NCBI RefSeq assembly: GCF_001548275.1
Contig: NZ_AP014945.1
Location: forward strand, 1,140,001-1,172,000
Source of the DNA: Caldimicrobium thiodismutans
GTDB lineage: Bacteria > Desulfobacterota > Thermodesulfobacteria > Thermodesulfobacteriales > Thermodesulfobacteriaceae
DNA: 32,000 nt
Direction: 5' to 3'
A model generated the notes under the pieces. The model was not told the DNA's origin, did no database searches, and was given only the letters and a program-made list of their open reading frames with translations. Of this stretch, positions 24,552-32,000 are shown in pieces. Both the position numbers and the translations under genes were made by a program. The stretch's first letter is position 1. The number at the start of each line of letters is the position of its first letter.

Positions 24552-27500
24552 ATGAGAGTTAATCGCATAGAGGTCAGTCTTAAGCCTGAGTTTAATGATA
24601 CTCATGCCCAAAAAATTATAAAGAAAATCCAAAGAGACTTAGCACTTAACCTTGAAGATCTTCATTACTTCAGGGTTTACCTTGTGGAAGGGGATTTTAC
24701 TGATGATCTCCTTAAGATATTTGCAGAATCCGCTCTTTCAGATCCAGTTATTGAGACCTATTCCCTTAATGAACCCCTTTATTTAAAACTTGGTATTACT
24801 TTTGATTGGGCTTTAGAAATAGGGTTTCGTCCTGGAGTAACGGATAATGAAGGAAAAACTGCTGAGGAAGCTCTTTCCTATATCCTTGAGCGCCACCTTA
24901 TTCCTGAAAAAGAAGGGGTCTATTTTGCAAAGCTTTTGTTAATTAAGGGAGAGCTTACTAAGGCAGAGATTGAAAGAATTGCCAGGGATTTACTGGCTAA
25001 TGAACTTATTGAAAGATGGTTTATCCTTTCCTTTGCTGAGGCCCAAAAGAGATGGTTTGATTATCCAGCTCCAAGGGTTACAGAGTATTTTCCCCCTTTA
25101 GTTGAGACCTTTGATCTTTCAAGTTTTTCTGATGATGAACTACTTAAACTATCCAGGGAAAGGCTTCTTGCCCTGAATCTTGAAGAAATGAAGGCCATTC
25201 AGAAGTTTTTTACCAAGGAGGATTTTATCAAATTAAGGGAAAAATATGGTCTTTCAAGGGAGATAACAGATGTTGAGCTTGAAAGCCTTGCTCAGACCTG
25301 GTCTGAGCACTGTAAACATAAGATCTTTAATGCCGAAATTCATTATAGGGATCTTGAAAAGGGCACCGAAACCAAAATAGATAGTCTTTTTAAGACCTAT
25401 ATCAAAGGTGCAACGGACAAAGTTCGCAAGAGTAAGGGAGAAAGGGATTTTTGTCTTTCGGTTTTTGTGGATAATGCAGGGGTTATTAAATTAGATGATA
25501 AGTGGGCCCTTGCCTTTAAGGTTGAGACTCATAATAGTCCCTCAGCCCTTGACCCTTATGGAGGGGCTCTAACTGGTATTGTGGGAGTAAACCGTGACCC
25601 TTTGGGAACAGGTAAGGGTGCAAAGCTTATTTTTAACACCGATGTTTTTTGTTTTGCCCCACCCAATTGGGATAAACCCCTTCCTCCCCGAATCCTTCAT
25701 CCCAAGAGAATCTTTGAGGGGGTAAGAGAGGGGGTTGAGCATGGAGGAAATCAAAGTGGAATACCCACAGTGAACGGATCCATTGTTTTTGACCCAAGAT
25801 ATCTTGGAAAACCCCTTGTCTATTGTGGAACAGGAGGGCTTATTCCCCTTGAGGTGGCGGGAAAACCAGGCTGGGAAAAGAAGGCCTGCCCTGGGGATAT
25901 TATTGTTATGGTAGGAGGAAAAATCGGAAAAGATGGTATTCACGGTGCAACCTTTTCCTCCGAGGCTTTGCACGAAGGTTCTCCTGCCACGGCTGTTCAG
26001 ATAGGAGACCCTATTACCCAGAAGAGAATGATAGATTTTCTCCTTAAGGCAAGAGATTTAGGGCTTTATACCTCCATTACGGATAATGGCGCAGGAGGGC
26101 TTTCTTCCTCGGTAGGTGAAATGGCAAAAGAGGCAGGGGGAGCTGAGATTGATCTTTCTAAGGCCCCTCTTAAATATCCCGGGCTTAGACCCTGGGAAAT
26201 ACTTGTCTCAGAAAGTCAGGAGAGAATGACTGTAGCCGTGCCTCCTGAAAAACTTCAGGAATTTCTTAAGCTTTCAGAAAAAATGGGTGTTCTTTCAACT
26301 CCCCTGGGAAGATTTACTAATTCTGGCTATTTTCATATTCTCTATGATGGAAAAACTGTTGGGCTTTTACCCCTTGAGTTTCTTCATGAAGGAGTGCCTC
26401 AGCTAAAACTCTCAGCAGAATGGAAGAGACCAGAGCTTCCTGAAAAAGTAGATGTGCCCTATCCTGAGGACTTTAAAGAGCTCTTAAAGGGGTTACTTAG
26501 AAGTTTTAATATCTGCTCCAAAGAATATGTTGTGCGTCAATACGATCACGAGGTGCAAGGAGGAAGTGTTATTAAACCCCTTTGTGGAAAAGGAGAAGAT
26601 GGTCCAAGTGATGCAGCGGTCCTGAGATATGACCTTCAAAGTAACGCAGGGATTGTGATTTCCCATGGAATTTGTCCCAAGTTTTCAGACTATGATACCT
26701 ATTATATGGTAGCCAATGCAATAGATGAGGCTGTGAGAAACTCGGTCTCCGTTGGTGGAGATCCTGAATTTATGGCTGGTCTTGATAATTTTTGCTGGTG
26801 TGATCCCGTAGAAAGTGAAAAGACACCCGATGGAAGATATAAACTTGCCCAGCTCGTGAGAGCCAATCAAGCCCTTTATGACTATACTACTGCCTTTAGT
26901 ATCCCTCTTATTTCTGGAAAGGACTCCATGAAAAATGATTATCACATGGCTCTTTCCCTTAACCCCTCTACGGTGAATCCCTATGGGGTAGGGGTGATTT
27001 TGCCTGATGGGAGTCTAAAGATATCTATTCCTCCTACCCTTCTTTTTTCTTTAATTTCAAAGATTCCAAATGTAGAGCTTGCTCAGACAATGGAGATAAA
27101 GAGAGCAGGGGCTTTAGTTTACCTCCTTGGACAGACGAGGGAAGAGCTTGCAGGTTCTGAATACTTCAATCTCCTGGGTCTAAGAGGAGGGAAGGTTCCA
27201 AGGCCCAATCCTGAGCTTAATAAAAAAATTTATCTCTGTCTCAGAGATGCCATATATGCCAGACTGGTTGATTCAGCACATGATCTTTCCGACGGGGGCT
27301 TGGGAGTAGCTTTGGCAGAAAAGGCCTTTTCTGGAGGTTTTGGCCTTTTCATTGACCTTTCAGCCATTCCTTTTGAGGGCGAAAAAAGGGAGGATTTTCT
27401 TCTTTTTTCAGAAAGTGCCGGAAGAATTGTAGTAACAGTTCCAAAGGACAGACAAAGGGACTTTGAAAGTCTTTTCAGATGGGGGCCCTGTTATCTCATA

Positions 27501-27617
27501 GGGGAGACCCTAAATGAGCCAGTTCTTGAGATAAAGGGCTTTTCAGGTAGTCTTATCCTCTCAGCAGATCTTGATGAGCTTAAAAAGGCCTGGCAGGAGC
27601 CTTTTGCTAACTGGTAA
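24552..27617 (+). CDS. purL: Phosphoribosylformylglycinamidine synthase, PurS-PurS-PurL fusion (no glutaminase domain)
   Basis: 1021 aa. The N-terminal roughly 170 aa contain two PurS-like repeats (RIEVSLKPEFNDTHAQ...; LEIGFRPGVTDNEGKTAE...). The PurL core follows (TWSEHCKHKIF, VETHNSPSALDPYGGA, ITDNGAGGLSS, SESQERM). The protein ends without a PurQ-like triad domain. Confidence 0.88.
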   Translation: MRVNRIEVSLKPEFNDTHAQKIIKKIQRDLALNLEDLHYFRVYLVEGDFTDDLLKIFAESALSDPVIETYSLNEPLYLKLGITFDWALEIGFRPGVTDNEGKTAEEALSYILERHLIPEKEGVYFAKLLLIKGELTKAEIERIARDLLANELIERWFILSFAEAQKRWFDYPAPRVTEYFPPLVETFDLSSFSDDELLKLSRERLLALNLEEMKAIQKFFTKEDFIKLREKYGLSREITDVELESLAQTWSEHCKHKIFNAEIHYRDLEKGTETKIDSLFKTYIKGATDKVRKSKGERDFCLSVFVDNAGVIKLDDKWALAFKVETHNSPSALDPYGGALTGIVGVNRDPLGTGKGAKLIFNTDVFCFAPPNWDKPLPPRILHPKRIFEGVREGVEHGGNQSGIPTVNGSIVFDPRYLGKPLVYCGTGGLIPLEVAGKPGWEKKACPGDIIVMVGGKIGKDGIHGATFSSEALHEGSPATAVQIGDPITQKRMIDFLLKARDLGLYTSITDNGAGGLSSSVGEMAKEAGGAEIDLSKAPLKYPGLRPWEILVSESQERMTVAVPPEKLQEFLKLSEKMGVLSTPLGRFTNSGYFHILYDGKTVGLLPLEFLHEGVPQLKLSAEWKRPELPEKVDVPYPEDFKELLKGLLRSFNICSKEYVVRQYDHEVQGGSVIKPLCGKGEDGPSDAAVLRYDLQSNAGIVISHGICPKFSDYDTYYMVANAIDEAVRNSVSVGGDPEFMAGLDNFCWCDPVESEKTPDGRYKLAQLVRANQALYDYTTAFSIPLISGKDSMKNDYHMALSLNPSTVNPYGVGVILPDGSLKISIPPTLLFSLISKIPNVELAQTMEIKRAGALVYLLGQTREELAGSEYFNLLGLRGGKVPRPNPELNKKIYLCLRDAIYARLVDSAHDLSDGGLGVALAEKAFSGGFGLFIDLSAIPFEGEKREDFLLFSESAGRIVVTVPKDRQRDFESLFRWGPCYLIGETLNEPVLEIKGFSGSLILSADLDELKKAWQEPFANW

Positions 27618-27620
27618 GCT

Positions 27621-28934
27621 ATGTTGCGAGTTTTGAAGTATCCCTCTCCAAGGGCAGAGAGATTTTTAAAAAGACTTCTTCAAAGGATTGAGGAATATCC
27701 TAAAAAGATTGAGAGATATGTGGAAAAGATTGGACAAGAGGTAAGAAGAAAAGGAGATAGAGCCTTAATTGAGTATACCTCAAAATTTGACGGGGTTATT
27801 CTTGAGAGGGAAGAGCTTAAAGTTAGTGAAGGGGAGATTGAGAAAGCCTATGATAAAATAGATAAAAGCCTTCTTTCTGCAATCCAGCATTCCATTCAAA
27901 AGGTTAAAAGTTTTCATGAAAAGGCCCTTCCCTTAAGCTGGTTTGATTCCAAGGCTCCAGGAATCACCCTGGGACAGGTTGTAAGGCCTGTTGAATCAGC
28001 GGGGCTTTACATTCCAGGGGGGAAAGGAGGGGAGACCCCTCTTATTTCAACTGTTATTATGACCGCTGTTCCTGCTAAAATTGCAGGTGTAAAAAATATC
28101 TTTCTTGTCTCACCTCCCAGGAAGGATAAATCTCTACATCCTGCTTTGCTGGTTGCAGGAAGAGAGGCTGGAGTGGATGCTATTTTTCGCATAGGAGGCC
28201 CATGGAGTATCTTTGCCTTGGCCTATGGCACAGAAAGCATCCCCAAGGTTGAGATCATCTGTGGTCCTGGGAATATCTATGTGACCTTAGCCAAAAAACT
28301 TGTCTCCTTTCAGGTGGGGATTGACTTTCTCGCTGGCCCAAGTGAGGTGTTAATTATAGCGGATAATTCAGCAGATCCAGAATTTGTAGTCTGGGATCTT
28401 TTGGCACAGGCTGAACACGATCCCCTCAGTATGAGCCTCCTTATAACTACCTCAAAGAAACTTTTAAAAGAGGTGAAAAGGCTTATTCCTCAGGCCTTAA
28501 ACAAGGGGTTTCGCAGAGAAATTGCTGAGGAATCTTTGAGAAAAAGAGGGGCCCTCATTCTTGTTGACTCCATAGATTCGGCCTTTGAACTTGCTAATCT
28601 GATTGCCCCTGAACATTTAGAGATAATGACTCAAAATCCCTTTGAGCATCTTTCAAAAGTGAAAAATGCTGGTGCGGTTTTTCTTGGAGCTTATACCCCA
28701 GAGGCTATTGGAGATTATATGGCTGGTCCTAATCATGTCCTGCCCACTATGGGTCTTGCCAGATTTACAAGTGCACTTTCTACGGAAAAATTTCTGAAAA
28801 AGATAAATTTCATGCAATATACACCTTCAGCGCTCTTTGCTGAGGCAGAAAAGGTAATCACTCTTGCTGAAGCGGAAAATCTTCCCTCCCATGCGGAAGC
28901 CGTTAAGATTAGATTAAAAAGGAGGGAGGCATGA
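27621..28934 (+). CDS. hisD: Histidinol dehydrogenase
   Basis: 437 aa with YIPGGKGGETPLISTVIMTAVPAKIAGV, AQAEHDP, IAPEHLE and NHVLPT, which are typical HisD blocks. Confidence 0.9.
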   Translation: MLRVLKYPSPRAERFLKRLLQRIEEYPKKIERYVEKIGQEVRRKGDRALIEYTSKFDGVILEREELKVSEGEIEKAYDKIDKSLLSAIQHSIQKVKSFHEKALPLSWFDSKAPGITLGQVVRPVESAGLYIPGGKGGETPLISTVIMTAVPAKIAGVKNIFLVSPPRKDKSLHPALLVAGREAGVDAIFRIGGPWSIFALAYGTESIPKVEIICGPGNIYVTLAKKLVSFQVGIDFLAGPSEVLIIADNSADPEFVVWDLLAQAEHDPLSMSLLITTSKKLLKEVKRLIPQALNKGFRREIAEESLRKRGALILVDSIDSAFELANLIAPEHLEIMTQNPFEHLSKVKNAGAVFLGAYTPEAIGDYMAGPNHVLPTMGLARFTSALSTEKFLKKINFMQYTPSALFAEAEKVITLAEAENLPSHAEAVKIRLKRREA

Positions 28935-30280
28935 AGGATTACTGTGATCCCTTAGAGTTTGCAGAAGAGATTTCTGTTGATATTGATACGGAGATTGAAT
29001 CTCTTGGTAGGGCTAAGATTCCAAGCCCTGTAAATCTGCCATCTCAGTGCTTTGTGAATGAGGAGCACAGGGTTACTTTAAGGGTAAATTATCAATACCT
29101 CAAAGGGGTTTTATCTGAAGGCAAAGAAGCCCCTTCCCTTGAACTTGCCGGGCCAAGGCCTTTTATCTATTTTGACCCCTCCAAGGTTAAAGTTGGGATT
29201 GTGACCTGTGGAGGTCTCTGCCCGGGTATAAATGATGTGATTAGAAGCATAGTTATGACCCTTTTTTATTCCTATGGGGTGAATAAAATCCTTGGATTTC
29301 AGTATGGCTTGCAGGGTTTTATCCCTAAGTATGGTCATCCAGTGATTGAGTTAACTCCTGAGGTGGTTAAAGACATCCATACTCAGGGTGGGACCTTTCT
29401 TGGGACTTCCAGGGGGCATCAGCCTGTTGAAGAGATTGTTGATACCCTGGAAAGGCTTAATATTCAGATTCTTTTTATGATAGGGGGAGATGGAACCTTT
29501 AGGGCTGCCAATAAAATTAAGGATGAGATTGCTAAAAGAGGTCTTAAAATAGCGGTGATTGCAATTCCTAAGACCATTGATAACGATATATGGCTTGTTT
29601 CTAAGACCTTTGGATTTGATACTGCTGTTGAGCTTGCCTGTGAGGCCATAAGATGCGCCCATACGGAGGCACGAGCTGTGCCCTATGGTATAGGGCTGGT
29701 TAAACTTATGGGAAGGCATTCAGGCTTTATTGCAGCAGCAGCAACGCTGGCTACGAAGGAAGTTAACTTCTGCCTTGTCCCGGAGATGGACTTTGATTTA
29801 GAGGGTGAGCAGGGTTTTTTGGCAGAGCTTGAGAAGAGGCTTCTTGCCAGAAAACATGCGGTAATTGTTATAGCTGAAGGGGCAGGACAAAAATATGTGA
29901 TTAAAGATCCCCCTGAATATGATGCCTCAGGTAATGTGAAATTGGGGGACATTGGAAAATTCGTTAAAGAAAAGATTGAAGAGTATTTTAAGAAAAGGGG
30001 GCTTGAGATTGTTATCCGTTATATTGATCCAAGCTACATTATAAGAAGTGTGCCTGCAAATGTGGAAGACCGGATTTACTGCGGATTTCTGGGACAATAT
30101 GCGGTGCATGCAGGAATGGCCGGTAAAACAGGCCTTATGATCAGTTATCTCAATGAGCAGTTTGTGCACATTCCTCTTAAAGAGGCGGTAAAAAAAAGGA
30201 AACAGATTAATCTTCATAGTAGATTCTGGCTCTCAGTCCTTGAGTCAACTGGACAGAGGGGCTTAAAGAATCCTTCATGA
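28931..30280 (+). CDS. 6-phosphofructokinase, PFK-A family long form (phosphoryl donor not resolved from sequence)
   Basis: 449 aa with an ATGA overlap with hisD. Motifs are GGLCPGINDVIR, GGDGTFR, IPKTIDNDI and MGRHSGF. It has Gly at the E. coli G104 position (ATP-like) but Lys at the G124 position (PPi-like). Confidence 0.85.
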   Translation: MKDYCDPLEFAEEISVDIDTEIESLGRAKIPSPVNLPSQCFVNEEHRVTLRVNYQYLKGVLSEGKEAPSLELAGPRPFIYFDPSKVKVGIVTCGGLCPGINDVIRSIVMTLFYSYGVNKILGFQYGLQGFIPKYGHPVIELTPEVVKDIHTQGGTFLGTSRGHQPVEEIVDTLERLNIQILFMIGGDGTFRAANKIKDEIAKRGLKIAVIAIPKTIDNDIWLVSKTFGFDTAVELACEAIRCAHTEARAVPYGIGLVKLMGRHSGFIAAAATLATKEVNFCLVPEMDFDLEGEQGFLAELEKRLLARKHAVIVIAEGAGQKYVIKDPPEYDASGNVKLGDIGKFVKEKIEEYFKKRGLEIVIRYIDPSYIIRSVPANVEDRIYCGFLGQYAVHAGMAGKTGLMISYLNEQFVHIPLKEAVKKRKQINLHSRFWLSVLESTGQRGLKNPS

Positions 30281-32000
30281 ATCAGATTCAGCGCCTTTTA
30301 CTTTTTTTTAGTCTCTTCATCTTGCTTGTTCTTGGATACTATTTTCTCCAAAGCACAATTACTGCTCCTGAAAAACTCAGTTATTATGAATTCAAGGTAT
30401 TATTGCGAAGGGGGCAGGTTGAAAAGTTAGTTCTCAAAAAAAATGAGATAACCGGAGCTTTTAAGGAAGGTGCCTCTGAAACCTTACATGAACTCAGAAA
30501 AAGGCCTGTTAAAATCCCTCCATATTTTAAAACCTATCGGGCTGAGGATCCAGAACTCATTAAGCTTCTTGAGGAAAAGGGAGTTAATTATGAGGTGAAA
30601 CCTGATGGAAGCCTCTGGATAAATGTCCTTTCCTGGATTTTGCCGGTAATACTTCTAATTGCCTTCTGGATTTTTATATTTAGGCGTTTTGTATCCCCGG
30701 AAGGGGGTATTATGAGTGTGGGGAAGAGTAAGGCCCGAATTTATGTAGAGAATGAGATAACAGTTAATTTTAAAGATGTGGCTGGGGTTGATGAAGCTGT
30801 TGAAGAGCTGAAGGAGATAATAGAGTTTTTAAGGCATCCTCAAAAGTTTGTGGCCCTTGGGGCAAAAATCCCCAAAGGTGTTTTACTTGTTGGCCCACCT
30901 GGAACTGGAAAGACTTTACTTGCAAGGGCTGTAGCAGGAGAGGCAGGTGTGCCCTTTATATCCATCTCGGGGTCCTCCTTTGTAGAGATGTTTGTGGGGG
31001 TGGGTGCAGCAAGGGTTAGAGATCTCTTTGCTCAAGCTGAGAAAATGGCCCCTTGCATTATTTTCATTGATGAGATTGATGCGGTGGGTAGAATTAGAGG
31101 GATAACACCAGCTGGTGGAACTGAGGAAAGGGAGCATACCCTGACACAGCTCCTTACAGAAATGGATGGCTTTGACCCTAAAAAGGGAGTTATAATTATT
31201 GCGGCAACCAATCGTCCAGAAGTCCTTGATCCTGCTCTTTTGCGACCAGGAAGATTTGATCGTGTGGTAGTGGTAGATAGGCCAGATCTGAAGGGGAGAG
31301 AGGCAATTTTAAAAATCCATACCAAACATATCAAACTTGCTCAAGATGTGGATTTAAAAGTTATTGCTGCAAGAACTCCGGGCATGGTGGGGGCAGATCT
31401 TGCAAACATTGTTAATGAGGCTGCTCTTCTTGCAGCAAGAAAGGGAAAAAGCTTTGTTGAGATGGAGGACTTTGAGGAGGCTATAGATAGGGTTATAGCA
31501 GGGCTTGCCCGTAAAAGCAGGTTTCTTACCCCTGAGGAGAAAAAACGCATTGCCTACCATGAGGCCGGGCATGCTATTGTTGCAGGGGTCTTAACCCCCA
31601 AGGAGAGGGTGCATAGGGTCTCTATCATACCCAGAGGTGTGGCTGCCCTTGGTTATACCCTCCAGCTTCCAGAAGAAGAAAGATACCTTGTCACTAAAGA
31701 GGAATTGCTGGCTAAGATTACGGTTCTTTTTGGTGGAAGGGTTGCAGAAGAATTAGTTTTTAAAGAGGTATCCACTGGGGCTCAGAATGACTTAGAGAAA
31801 GCCACGGAGCTTGCCAGAGCCATGGTTATGGATTACGGAATGAGTGAACTCCTCGGTCCACAGACCTTCAGACGCCGAGAAGCCCTTTTCTTGGATATTC
31901 CCTATAGGGAAAGAGAGCTTGTCTCAGAAGAGACTGCCAGACTTATTGATAGTGAAATTGCCAAAATACTCAAAACCTGCTATGATAAAGCAAAAGAGGT
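30277..32000 (+). CDS. ftsH: ATP-dependent zinc metalloprotease FtsH (5' part; continues past the window end)
   Basis: It is absent from the track because there is no stop in the window. My translation from ATG 30277 (ATGA overlap with the pfk stop) gives two TM helices, Walker A GPPGTGKT, Walker [10 protein letters not shown], an SRH region [20 protein letters not shown] and the zinc motif HEAGHA. Confidence 0.92.
   Translation, partial: MNQIQRLLLFFSLFILLVLGYYFLQSTITAPEKLSYYEFKVLLRRGQVEKLVLKKNEITGAFKEGASETLHELRKRPVKIPPYFKTYRAEDPELIKLLEEKGVNYEVKPDGSLWINVLSWILPVILLIAFWIFIFRRFVSPEGGIMSVGKSKARIYVENEITVNFKDVAGVDEAVEELKEIIEFLRHPQKFVALGAKIPKGVLLVGPPGTGKTLLARAVAGEAGVPFISISGSSFVEMFVGVGAARVRDLFAQAEKMAPCIIFIDEIDAVGRIRGITPAGGTEEREHTLTQLLTEMDGFDPKKGVIIIAATNRPEVLDPALLRPGRFDRVVVVDRPDLKGREAILKIHTKHIKLAQDVDLKVIAARTPGMVGADLANIVNEAALLAARKGKSFVEMEDFEEAIDRVIAGLARKSRFLTPEEKKRIAYHEAGHAIVAGVLTPKERVHRVSIIPRGVAALGYTLQLPEEERYLVTKEELLAKITVLFGGRVAEELVFKEVSTGAQNDLEKATELARAMVMDYGMSELLGPQTFRRREALFLDIPYRERELVSEETARLIDSEIAKILKTCYDKAKE

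Overview
The coding sequence is AT-rich and the rRNA is very GC-rich, which is a thermophile signature. A branched-polyamine synthase homologue and two UGA-recoded genes point to an anaerobic, selenium-using thermophilic bacterium, possibly Thermodesulfobacteriota (lineage guess, low confidence). The window opens inside an intron that interrupts the 23S rRNA gene and carries a LAGLIDADG homing endonuclease. It continues through the 23S 3' exon and 5S rRNA, then about 30 tightly packed, mostly housekeeping genes, many with ATGA or TAATG start/stop overlaps: class A PBP, ribD, coaE, rluD, mutM, AI-2E permease, tRNA-fMet, bpsA-like, efp, a PAS-GGDEF cyclase, moaA, PSP1/RicT, metG, HIT, tRNA-Ala, rpsT, a PurS-PurS-PurL fusion, hisD, pfk and the 5' part of ftsH. 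I found no prophage, defence island, CRISPR array, transposase or biosynthetic cluster. Six things go beyond ordinary annotation. (1) The rRNA intron with its homing endonuclease. (2) Two genes that the ORF track splits at in-frame TGA codons, each followed 10-15 nt later by a hairpin with GU in the loop: a 2-Cys peroxiredoxin with Sec at the peroxidatic position, and an exported triple-rhodanese protein with a C-x4-U active-site loop. (3) A two-gene membrane module whose first product looks like cytochrome bd subunit I fused to a C-terminal CxxCH cytochrome c domain. (4) A dispersed, nucleotide-level repeat family that in three cases ends in the -35 box of a promoter. (5) An EF-P whose modification-loop tip residue appears to be Gln rather than Lys or Arg, encoded directly downstream of the polyamine aminopropyltransferase homologue. 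(6) Smaller architectural oddities: a 50-nt convergent gene overlap, back-to-back promoters on a palindrome, and a near-leaderless purL. All family calls come from motif recognition by eye, and no database search was run.
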